Source of the DNA: Octopus vulgaris
Lineage: Eukaryota
NCBI GenBank assembly: GCA_951406725.2
Contig: OX597824.1
Span: forward strand, 28,334,001 to 28,398,000
DNA length: 64,000 bases
Reading direction: 5' to 3'
Part shown: piece after piece, positions 46,799 through 59,228 of the stretch
How the letters are laid out: every line of letters begins with the position of its first letter
How positions within the stretch are numbered: the stretch's first letter is position 1
Notes under the pieces: generated by a model
What the model was told of the DNA's origin: nothing
Databases searched by the model: none
Seen by the model: only the letters and a program-made list of their open reading frames with translations
Translations under genes and position numbers: made by a program

Positions 46799-47976
46799 CG
46801 GCTTACGGGGATGTAAATTTAACAATGTCGGTAGGCAAACGGTGATGGGAGACAAATACAGATGAGGGCGGCGAGCTGGCAGAATCGTTAGCACGCCGGG
46901 CGAAATGCGTAGCCGTATTTCGTCTGCCGTTACATTCTGAGTTCAAATTCCGCCGAGGTTGACTTTGCCCTTCATCCTTTCGGGGTCGATAAATTAAGTA
47001 CCAGCTACGTACTTAATCCGTTTGTCTGTCCTTGTTTGTCCCCTCTATGTTTAGCCCCTTGTGGGTAGTAAAGAAATAAGGGAAAAAAATACAGACACAA
47101 ACACATACACACACACACACACAGACATACACACACACATACACACATTCGACAGGCTTCTTTCAGTTTCTGTATATGAAATCCATTCACAACACTTTGG
47201 TCGGTCGATGGCTATACAGTACAAGAAACATGCCAAGGGCCTGCCACCAGAATCATGTGGCTGGGAATGAAGCTTCTTACCGCACTACCATACCTGCGCG
47301 ATGGGAAATATACTTTTAGACAATGCCATATACTAAACGATACTTAAATTAAGGAAGTTTCAAACGCTGTTTCCAATCGTATACTTAATTTAAATCAGCG
47401 GCGTGGTGCCGAGCTTGTAAAATATATTATGTATGAATACCAGTGAAGAAAATGAGATTTACCATAAATTGTAACCTACCGGGTGTTGACTTACCATGTT
47501 ACGGTTTCGTGAGTATACCGTAATCAGCAACAATGTATAATATTAATAGAAACGTCTTCAAATATTTTCGCTGCAATATCATTAGGTGTTTCCTGAAGCT
47601 ATGAAACCCTCTTGTTACAGTCTTCTATATGATGCATACATAAAAGTGCACTTACGATCACAAAACAGACATATGCACATATGTGCAGAAACGCACATGT
47701 TACACGTAATAAAGCGCACATATTCATGTATATATATATATATATGGGTGTGTGAAATCTAGGCTTGTGAGTGTGTATGTGCGTGTCTGTGTGTGCGAGT
47801 GTGTGCGCGCGTGTGTGTGTTTAAGTGTACGGGTATATTTATACATACAATTATACATACATCTGTACAGGCATATATATGTAGAAAGACGGAGAGAGAA
47901 AGAAAGACGGAAGGGAAGAAGCACTTGGATATAAATTGATATCTACATAGCTAGAGAGATAGTTGATAGATAGATA

Positions 47977-48362
47977 GTGGAGGCGCAATGGCCCAGTGGT
48001 TAGGGCAACGGACTCGCGGTCATAGGATCGCGGTTTCGATTCCCAGACCGGGCGTTGTGAGTGTTTATTGAGCGAAAGCACCTAAAAGCTCTACGAGGCT
48101 CCGGCAGGGGGTGGTGGTGATCCCTGCTGTACTCTTTCACCACAACTTTCTCTCACTCTTACTTCCTGTTTCTGTTGTACCTGTATTTCAAGGGGCCGGC
48201 CTTGTCGCTCTCTGTGTCACGCTGAATATCCCCGAGAACTACGTTAGGGTGCACGTGTCTGTGGAGTTCTCAGCCACTTACACGTTAATTTCACGAGCAG
48301 GCTGTTCCGTTGATTCGGATCAACCGGAACCCTCATCGTCGTAACCGACGGAGTGCTTCCAT
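47977..48362 (+). mobile_element. SINE family C, full copy inserted in (GATA)n
   Basis: GTGGAGGCGCAATGGCCCAGTGGTTAGGG..GGTTTCGATTCCC tRNA-like head. A copy with the same head but a different tail lies at 58495-58805. Confidence 0.85.
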
Positions 48363-48364
48363 CC

Positions 48365-48446
<82 letters not shown>

Positions 48447-48620
48447 GTAGATAGACAGATAGATAGATGGATAGATAGATGCATACATACATGCACATAT
48501 GAGAGGGTGCTGAAAAGTTACTGGCTATTGGTAAAAACAAAACATGATTGTATGCATATATGTCTATGTATACATGTTTTATATATACACATACACACAG
48601 ATATATCTATGAATATATGA

Positions 48621-48654
<34 letters not shown>

Positions 48655-49702
48655 ATATGTATGTATGTATACATATATATATGTATGTATATATATATGT
48701 GGTGCATGTGTGTGTTTGTGTGTAAAACAAAATACAAGAAGTTAAGTTAATCATGATTTATTCACAATATTTTCCTCTCCCATTCACCCACATATTGCAG
48801 CGATCCTTTAAAATGATACAGAAATTTGGATCTCTAGTCATAACTTTAAAGCCAGGGGCTTCTCAGAACACCATCGAGTACATAGATACACATGGTGGTT
48901 GTCAATGCGTAAACTTGTACGATACAAATTATCTTATCCTAGAGGTTAAATACAAATTCTATCAGCAAACCCCGTGCTGAAATTTAAAATAAGTAACAGC
49001 TTGCGCAAAACCGCTAAGATTCTCGCCTACAAAGTTAATTAGACTAGAAACAAACAAGAGAAAGCCCTCGGATTTTGCATTAAAACGGGTGTTATTTCAA
49101 AATTGGCTCTTTTCAGGAAGATGTCATAAGAAAGACAACGTGTTTCCCACTACCAGCCGTGCGATAGCCGTTGATTCTAATGAGTTCTTCTGCCTCTGAA
49201 CAAGTTTTGTTTTTCCGTCCTACAAAGTGTCCAACGAAACTACTTTCATTGGTACGGATACTTTATACTGTTTGCCGTTTAGTTACCGTGGTTTCGACCA
49301 TGCAAAATGTTCATTCAATATGTCACCGAAAAATCATATCCATCTTACAACGTTTGTGAAATATACTGATTATTTCCTATGCCGCGTCTCTTAAACAGAA
49401 AACTGATTGTAAGATAATACAAAGTTGTACACGTTAGTAAGTAGTATGCGTAACGCAGATGTTCAATCGCCTCCACTGCATTAAATTAAAATTAATGGCA
49501 CGTATGGGAGCAACTGTCTTCGAAGACTCATATTGTCGTTCAATGCTCCAAATGAGTAGATAGACAGCCGACAATTGACAAAGGGGCGTCCTTATATTTA
49601 ACTTGTCCTGTCTCCATTTGTTTCTCTTGTTGTTGGCGTAATGAATTCATTTGCTTTCGTACTTCATGTTGTTTACCGTCTGGTGACGTCCGTATCCATA
49701 TA

Positions 49703-49760
<58 letters not shown>

Positions 49761-50017
49761 AATATATATACATATATATGCATTATATACATATATATGT
49801 GTGTGTGTGTGTGCGTATTCATATATTCTTTTATTTCTTTCAGTAATTTGATTGCGGCCATGCTGGAGCACCACCTTCAGTCGAGCAAATCGACCCAGGA
49901 CTTATTCTTTGTAAGCCCAGTACTCATTATATCATTTCCCTTTGCCGAACCGCTAAGTTACGGGGACGTAAGCAAACCAGCATCGGTTGTCAAGCGATGT
50001 TTAGAAGACAAACACAG

Positions 50018-50064
<47 letters not shown>

Positions 50065-50340
50065 CGACTGGCTTCTTTCGCTTTCTGTTTTCCGAATGCA
50101 CTCACAAAGCTTTGGTCACCCCTAGGTGCAGTGTATTGGGACTGAACCCCGAACCACTATGGAAGTACTTTTACTAAATTTTATTTCTTCTTCATATGGA
50201 CACAAACGCAAACATACACACGCACACACACTCACACGAAAACAAAAATTTGTGCATGTATATGTGGAGGGCGGTGTATGTGGATACATAACACGAATGC
50301 ATAAACACACACACACTAACAAGCAAACACACTATCTCTT

Positions 50341-50377
<37 letters not shown>

Positions 50378-52498
50378 TCTGTGTGTATATACACATGACG
50401 AAACTGCTGTAGAGGTTGGAAACATGTAAACCATACTGAAATAACAGGGTCAGTATGACCGACTAGAACTCTTGACTGCCTTACCCCAGCATGGCCGCAG
50501 TCGAAAGTTTGGAAACGGTAAATGAAAATATAAAAGCCATACATAAAATTCATGCTTCTCTTTGTATGTATGCACGTAAATATATATATATATATATATA
50601 TATACAAATACATGCGCGTATGCATGTACTGATGTATGTACTTATTTATGTATGTACATACGTATCTATGTATATGCATAAAAGTGACTGAATATGGGAT
50701 GTGCTATATATAACCATATGTGTGTGTTTGTGAGCAGCTGTAAATGTGTGTGTGTGTGTGTGCGTGTGCGTGTGTGTGTAATCTGAGATTGTGTATGTCA
50801 TCAAAGCATTATTTTCGTTAGAAGCCATATAGATCGCAACGGTATTGAGTCAGATTCGATTAAAGTGAATGATTAGATCGCCAGATTTAATTTAATAAAC
50901 ATTTATATTTTATTTGATGTTTATTTCCAATGAAAATGATAATATGCCTGTTGAAATGACTAATAGAATATGAAATACATCACGGATATTTTATTTCGAT
51001 TGATGGCTTCTTATCCTCATTGTGAAATATAAATTTGTAATGTGCTAATGCATCTACAAGAAAATGTTTTCCTAACAAACACAATTACACGTATATACGA
51101 ACCCATTTTTAATGGTTTATTTGTGAAAATTAAAGAAGAAAAACTTATTACCATACAAATTTATGTGTACTGTAAATAAATGTACTTTTTACGTGGTCAA
51201 GAAAATCTGAAGTTTGTCATTGTGTAGTTGTTATATACATATACACTTAAACATGTCAGCCTTTAGCAATGTTAAAGAATTATCGAACTTTGGGCTAGTT
51301 AAAATAGATTTGTGACGAATTTCAAATACTCGTGATCGTAAAATTAACGTTTCGATTCCTAGATCAAACTCTTCATTTCATATCCGTTCTGCCAACTCAG
51401 CTGCCAAAAGTAGTAATTCTGCGACGGACCGGCGTTCATGCAGTGGGGAGAAGAGAATATAAACCATAGGATCCTGAAAACTGGCCTTCTGAAACGATGT
51501 CACGAAATGGACATTTAATATTTTCCTCTGTATATAGTTGTGGACATGCGTGAGTATGCTAAAACTGTTTCCGTATAGAGGGCAAAGACCCCTTTTCGGT
51601 CATGAATGACCATGGGATTACACATAAAAAGTACCCCTGCAAGGTACAGGTCCTGGCAAGGTTGTTTGTGGAACAGCAGCAGTCGCCCATGCATGCTAGC
51701 CTCCCCTCTAAATGTCATCGATTTTTATCCAAGGTAAAGGCAAATGCTGATACTGGATACGGGATAAGATCATAAACAATACAATGTGTATTTGTAACAG
51801 ATCCAAAACTGCTTCCCGACAACCAATCTTAATGTAGATTAGCTGTCTACAACACTGAAGTGGGATCCATATTAGAATATACTAGATCCCACACTAGAAA
51901 ATGGTGTACTACTAAACGCTTCACCATCCTCGACCGCATGCAAAATGAAAAGAAACAAAACTATTCAATTTACCGCGAAAAAAGCTCGAGGTGGAGGTAA
52001 GACGATTCCCACAAACCTAGTGTCCAACGCCGACATATTTTACCGATCCCTAATTCATAGAACGGAGAGTAGACCCCGGTGGCATTTGAACTCAGAACGT
52101 AAAGACGAAAGAGATGGCGCTAAGCATTTTCCCGGGATTGTAATGATTCTCCTAGCTCGCCTTAACCACTTGCGCTTCATGTGTTGCATCACTACAGAAG
52201 ACGTTACACGGTCAGCAATCTGAAATATTCTTGGCACGTGTTTTCTTTCTTCCCCACGTCTACATATAGTCGTTTGGACTACACATCCTTCGTACCATTT
52301 ACAGTGGTTGCAGGCAATCGTGTTATCTAATGTTACTTAAAGAATATTTAACTTGCAAAAACGAAACGAAACCTATATACTTACATATGTATCAATAGGC
52401 GCTTTCAAAACGAATTAAGGCAGCATTTGAGAGAATTAGATAGACAGCTTTATATAAATCACTGTATGAGTGCGAATGCACACACAGACGCAAGCACT

Positions 52499-52580
<82 letters not shown>

Positions 52581-52726
52581 CAGAGAGAGAGAGAGAGAAA
52601 GCTAGATATATAGATTATAGATATATGGATATAGATAGATCGATATATAGTTACACACACACACAAATTCTTACATATACACACATTATCGACATATATA
52701 TATATATATATTATATATATATATAC

Positions 52727-52789
<63 letters not shown>

Positions 52790-52798
52790 TACTTATAT

Positions 52799-52851
<53 letters not shown>

Positions 52852-53304
52852 CACACACACGCAAATGAACATCAGCTAAAATGCCGCATATGTTAAGAAT
52901 CAAACATTTTCTGAAGGAAGAATGATGTAAGGAGATAATGTGGAGTGGGGGAAGGACTAGAGACAGAGGGAGAGGAACCGGGATTGGTAAATAAACTGTC
53001 TTAAGCTAATCTGTGATAGGAAACTATTTTAGAAGCTTATTTATTATCCTAAAGGCATTACTGATTTCATATCAACAGGATTTATCGAGCTACAATGAAG
53101 GCGATGAGTATATATTTATATATTTGTATAGTTATCCATCTATCAATCTGAATATATAAGTGCATACATGTAAATACATTATATATAAATGTTTATATGT
53201 ATACATGTATATTATACATATATTTTATATACGTTCTTCGCACACAACACCTACGCACCCACAAAGGCACTTATATCCACATACGTATGTATATATATAT
53301 ATAA

Positions 53305-53361
<57 letters not shown>

Positions 53362-53759
53362 TATATACATATATATATGTATTTATGTATGTGTATATAT
53401 ATATATATTTATATATATATTTGTGTAAGTATGTATGTATAGTTCCTCGTTTATTTTCAAGACGAGTGCTCAGTTATTGATTAAGCGCTTAAATCTTTCA
53501 ACATTCCAACGGCCACGTGTACTTTTCACTTAACTTTTAAGCAGCATCAGCGTGACAGAATGCGTGACAATTCTGAATGCATGGTTTGCAGGGAAACTTA
53601 AAATCTCTCTAGAACCAACATAAACCCGAACCTCTACGTATTTACAGCTATATTTTCTCAATAATTTGACCACACCGCGCCTGTACGTATATATATATAT
53701 ATATATATGCATTTTGTTTGAATTTCTGTTTGCTTCTGTTATGTTTTTATGTGTGTCTT

Positions 53760-53867
<108 letters not shown>

Positions 53868-53999
53868 ATACAAAATGGGACAAGAACGCAAAACATCGGA
53901 CAGCTAGGTATCCAGATAGATGATTCAAAGAAAACATTCGAAGTTTTCTTTCCTCAGTCAAGCACAGCTAAATAAATAGATAGACAAGCAGACAAATAT

Positions 54000-54094
<95 letters not shown>

Positions 54095-54429
54095 TATGAA
54101 TGCATATCTAGCTCTATATACATAATGTTATGATAAAAACCACGAGTCATTTTAAATACCGCTACACAGGGTTTCCTAGGTGAAACGTTACTTTATTTCA
54201 AAATTTCTGAAGCTCTGAAGAAGATTGCCTTTCAGTTACTTTTAAAGCCGTTCTAGTTTAACAATCGACGCTGGCAAGTTAGATGACAATAAGAAAGACA
54301 CAAGGTAGATAACAAACGTTACAACAAACAAATGTTAAAATGACGTAAATGAGATGGCTTACGATGTGTCTGTTGCTCTATTTTTAAATTCCCTCAAGTT
54401 TGTATTCTTAATATGTGGACTTAGAGAAG

Positions 54430-54978
54430 AAATTTACGTTGGAATTTACGTTGTCATTGGAAGCTCTAAAGTTCTCTAAGAGATGTAGCTTTTGCAAAAG
54501 AGTATATTGGACATCGTTTGTACTCGTTCATATAGGTCACCTGGAGCTTTCTCTATTTGATGCTGTAGTTGGTCCCTTCGCTTTCAAGTCTCCAGATTAA
54601 AGCTGAAAGAGTCGTTCAATATCTGTTTAACTGGACCCTATTTTTTTATTACCCACAAGGGGCTAATCATAGAGGGGATAAACAGGGACAGACAAATGGA
54701 TTAAGTCGATTACATCAGCCCCAGTGCGTAACTGGTACTTAATTTGTCGACCCCGAAAGAATTAAAAGGCAAAGTTGACCTCGGCGGAATGTGAACTCAG
54801 AATGTAGCGGCAGACAAAATACCACAAAGCATTTCGACCGATGTGCTAACGTTTCTGCCAGCTCACCGCCTTTAACCGGACACTATTAACGGATCAAAAA
54901 GATATTCAATATGTTCTCTCCAAAAACTATGCCTCTTAAAGGAATTTAGGGCCTCCATCGACAAAGTAAATTTCAGGA
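54430..54978. mobile_element. Old MITE-like inverted repeat interrupted by a SINE family A copy (54640-54872, minus)
   Basis: 54430-54520 matches the rc of 54890-54975 (aatttac.ttgtc..tgga.gc.ctaaa). Confidence 0.55.
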
Positions 54979-55231
54979 ACGAGATTATTTTTATGCATGT
55001 CCATATTGCAAGAAATACATCTTGCTGGAACTTTAAAATAGGGCACAGAAACATTATAAACAATTAAAGTCTAACTTACAGCTTTTAGACGTTTGTTAAC
55101 AGTAACATTGGTTAGTCACTGGTGTTTTTCTTTTCGTTTTCTTCACTATTTAAAATGCAATCTTCATAAAAAGCAACTGAGGAAGGGTCTTGTTCTCAGC
55201 CGGAAAAATGGCGAAATATGTGTGTATATAC

Positions 55232-55284
<53 letters not shown>

Positions 55285-55542
55285 AATAATTTTAAATAAT
55301 TCGAAAATGTAGACAACTTTAGATCAACAAATCAACTGGACAGCATCTGTATCTTATTATTATTTAATACAGAACATGACGTAACATAGCATTTATGCGA
55401 CATAACAATTCTTACGGCCGTTTCCGCTTCGGATGTCAGTCAGTGCCTACAAAAGAATTCCGAAAATAATATTCTTCATATTCTTAGGATATTCGGAATA
55501 GAACATGCAGATTCATTATATATATATATATATATATATATA

Positions 55543-57082
55543 GGTAAACAGTAAAAATAATTACAGACATGGACAAGAACATGAAACACTACAGAGACGA
55601 CACAAGAACCACAGGACGGGACATTCGAAGCCCTCAGTCATCAGTCAAGAACCAGATCATCTTAGCAATTTCGGCTGATTAATCTTGAGATTGCTCCGAT
55701 ATGGGCAGCCCGCCAAGGGAAATCTAAGCCAAGCGCATTAGATCCCCTGGAAGAAAGCTTCGAATGTATACAACACGAGGACGGAAAACGAACGAAGTAC
55801 ACGAACAAAAATACAAAATACGTGACACCAATAAGAATACAAAAACGTAAAAACAATAACGGTAAAAATAAAAAATAAACAACAAAACAAAACCAGGACG
55901 TAGGACAAGGGTCTTTCGACAGGACGAGTTGAGTATGGGGCTGGCTTATGAAGTTGTGCCTAATGGCCGCAGGGAGACGAACAAATACGTGTTGCTTCGG
56001 CGGCTGCTGGAACGAAAAGAGCGCTCAACAGCGGCTAGCGGTCACGTGAGAACAAAAGACAGGAGAAAGGGACAGATGAAAAGAGAGAGAAGGTGGACGA
56101 GGGAGGAGAAGAAAGAGACAGATCGAGGGGGCTGGAGGTGAGAGAGATAGAGAAACGTAGAAGGGGGGGGAAGACGGATGGAGAGGGAAAGAAAGGAAGG
56201 GGAATAAGGGAGGAGAGAGAGAGAGAAAGAGACAGATTAAGAGTCGTATCAATGCTAGAGAAAAAATATACTTATCGTATAAGGACAATTGTGGATACGT
56301 AGCCGCCGATTATATAGGTAAACAGTAAAAATAATTACAGACATGGACAAGAACATGAAACACCACAGAGACGACACAAGAACCACAGGACGGGACATTC
56401 GATGCCCTCAGTCATCAGTCAAGAACCAGATCATCTTAGCAATTTCGGCTGATTAATCTTGAGATTGCTCCGATATGGGCAGCCCGCCAAGGGAAATCTA
56501 AGCCAAGCGCATTAGATCCCCTGGAAGAAAGCTTCGAATGTATACAACACGAGGACGGAAAACGAACGAAGTACACGAACAAAAATACAAAATACGTGAC
56601 ACCAATAAGAATACAAAAACGTAAAAACAATAACGGTAAAAATAAAAAATAAACAACAAAACAAAACCAGGACGTAGGACAAGGGTCTTTCGACAGGACG
56701 AGTTGAGTATGGGGCTGGCTTATGAAGTTGTGCCTAATGGCCGTAGGGAGACGAACAAATACGTGTTGCTTCGGCGGCTGCTGGAACGAAAAGAGCGCTC
56801 AACAGCGGCTAGCGGTCACGTGAGAACAAAAGACAGGAGAAAGGGACAGATGAAAAGAGAGAGAAGGTGAACGAGGGAGGAGAAGAAAGAGACAGATCGA
56901 GGGGGCTGGAGGTGAGAGAGATAGAGAAACGTAGAAGGGGGGGAAGACGGATGGAGAGGGAAAGAAAGGAAGGGGAATAAGGGAGGAGAGAGAGAGAGAG
57001 AAAGAGACAGATTAAGAGTCGTATCAATGCTAGAGAAAAAATATACTTATTGTATAAGGACAATTGTGGATACGTAGCCGCC
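55543..57082 (-). repeat. Near-identical 774-bp tandem duplication of repeat family X inside (TA)n
   Basis: Units start at 55543 and 56317 and differ by only a handful of substitutions or indels. Confidence 0.92.
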
Positions 57083-57356
57083 ATATATATATATATGTCT
57101 GTGTGTGTGTATATATATATATATATATTTATTAATCAATATAGGGTGGCAAAAAAATTCTGTATAATTTCTTTGCCACCAGCGGCCTAGTGGGAAAAAA
57201 TTAAATAGTCATAGACCATTTATAAGTTCAACATCACAATCAAGGAACGGCCATAATAGGCCATTCACCCACTAGAAATAACAGCCAAAGCTTCAACCGC
57301 AAAATAACATTAATTCCGCAAACCAGGAGAAAATTAAAAAAACATTTACCCTGTAA

Positions 57357-57461
57357 TTTCTTATACGATGCACCGTTTCATCTATTGTTTAATGGTAAAC
57401 TAACCTGATTAAATTAAATCAAGCCAATCTTCCATAGACCCTTAGATTCGTCAGTAAGAAA
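57357..57461 (-). ncRNA. Type I hammerhead ribozyme, canonical core (copy 1)
   Basis: Reverse complement of the 57759-57863 motif. Confidence 0.85.
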
Positions 57462-57758
57462 TAGCCAGATCGGAACAGATATTTTCACGAGGCACTTCTG
57501 TCCCTGCCTCGGCAATATCTGACCTAAAATTTTCAAATCATCGCACTCGCGCCAAATTTATCGGCAGCAAATAAACATAAGCCGCCGATTCCATTACGGA
57601 ATCAACCAGAAAATTCATAATTAATCAATATAGGGTGGCAAAAAAATTCTGTAGAATTTCTTTGCCACCAGCGGCCTAGTGGGAAAAAATTAAATAGTCA
57701 GATATTGCCGAGGCAGGGACAGAAGTGCCTCGTGAAAATATCTGTTCCGATCTGGCTA

Positions 57759-57863
57759 TTTCTTACTGACGAATCTAAGGGCCTATGGAAGATTGGCTTG
57801 ATTTAATTTAATCAGGTTAGTTTACCATTAAACAATAGATGAAACGGTGCATCGTATAAGAAA
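57759..57863 (+). ncRNA. Type I hammerhead ribozyme, canonical core (copy 2)
   Basis: tttctta CTGACGA atcta [58 nt] tagat GAA ACGGTGCATCGT A taagaaa. Predicted cleavage after A57856. Confidence 0.88.
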
Positions 57864-58247
57864 TTACAGGGTAAATGTTTTTTTAATTTTCTCCTGGTTT
57901 GCGGAATTAATGTTATTTTGCGGTTGAAGCTTTGGCTGTTATTTCTAGTGGGTGAATGGCCTATTATGGCCGTTCCTTGATTGTGATGTTGAACTTATAA
58001 ATGGTCTATGACTATTTAATTTTTTCCCACTAGGCCGCTGGTGGCAAAGAAATTCTACAGAATTTTTTTGCCACCCTATATTGATTAATTATGAATTTTC
58101 TGGTTGATTCCGTAATGGAATCGGCGGCTTATATTTATTTGCTGCCGATAAATTTGGCGCGAGTGCGATGATTTGAAAATTTTAGGTCAGATATTGCCGA
58201 GGCAGGGACAGAAGTGCCTCGTGAAAATATCTGTTCCGATCTGGCTA

Positions 58248-58352
58248 TTTCTTACTGACGAATCTAAGGGCCTATGGAAGATTGGCTTGATTTAATTTAA
58301 TCAGGTTAGTTTACCATTAAACAATAGATGAAACGGTGCATCGTATAAGAAA
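58248..58352 (+). ncRNA. Type I hammerhead ribozyme, canonical core (copy 3)
   Basis: Identical to copy 2. Predicted cleavage after A58345. Confidence 0.88.
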
Positions 58353-58890
58353 TTACAGGGTAAATGTTTTTTTAATTTTCTCCTGGTTTGCGGAATTAAT
58401 GTTATTTTGCGGTTGAAGCTTTGGCTGTTATTTCTAGTGGGTGAATGGCCTATTATGGCCGTTCCTTGATTGTGATATATATATATATATGTAAGTGGAG
58501 GCGCAATGGCCCAGTGGTTAGGGTAGCGGACTCGCGGTCGTAGGCTCGCGGTTTCGATTCCTAGACCGGGCGTTGTGAGTGTTTATTGAGCGAAGACACA
58601 TAAAGCTCCATGAGGCTCCGGCAGGGTGGTGGTTGCGATCCCTGCTGTACACTTTCGCCACAACTTTCTCTCACTCTTTCTTCTGTTGGCCTGCTCGCTT
58701 AGCCAGCGAGGTGGCGTCATTTGAAGGCTAAAACACTGCGAAGCGCATTGTGACCAGCGATGTGTAGCTACATCTGATAGCCTGGTCGGTCACGGGGATC
58801 ACGGTGATGTATGTATAGAGAAAGAGAGAAAGAGAGAGAGAGAGGTGTACTTGCATAGCAAGTGACTTGCTCTGAGATCGTGTGCTGGAA

Positions 58891-59183
58891 CGAAAGCAAT
58901 TGCAGCGTGGAAGGTGTTTATAAGTGATTTAAGAAACACACAAAATCCGTTAGATTCACTTCAACATTTAAATTGAAATTGTCAAAATATTTTCGTCGCT
59001 TTGAGAAAGCGACCTGTTCACTGACAAAATTCTGTGCACCACGGAATGTTATCAGTGAACAGGTCGCGGTCTCAAAGCGACGGAAATATTTTTACAAATT
59101 CAATTTAAATGTTGAAGTGAATTACAGATTTTGTGTGTTTCTTAAATGGCTTATAAACACCTTCCACTCATCAATTGTTTTCG
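58891..59183. repeat. Palindrome of about 290 bp carrying a G3-C8 variant hammerhead in each arm
   Basis: Centre about 59038. Minus 58979-59027: ttgtca GTGAACA g gtcgc tttctcaaa gcgac GAA AATATT T tgacaa. Confidence 0.88.
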
Positions 59184-59228
59184 TATAAATATATAGTTTC
59201 GAAATTCTGTGAATGTATATAGATCAGT

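Larger units (their letters stand above)
57131..58476. mobile_element. 489-bp HHR-bearing repeat (retrozyme/PLE-terminal-like), about 1.15 units followed by about 1.6 inverted units
   Basis: Period 489 (57131 vs 57620, 57766 vs 58255). Inversion at GTCA microhomology 57697-57700. Flanked by (TA)n. Confidence 0.92.
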
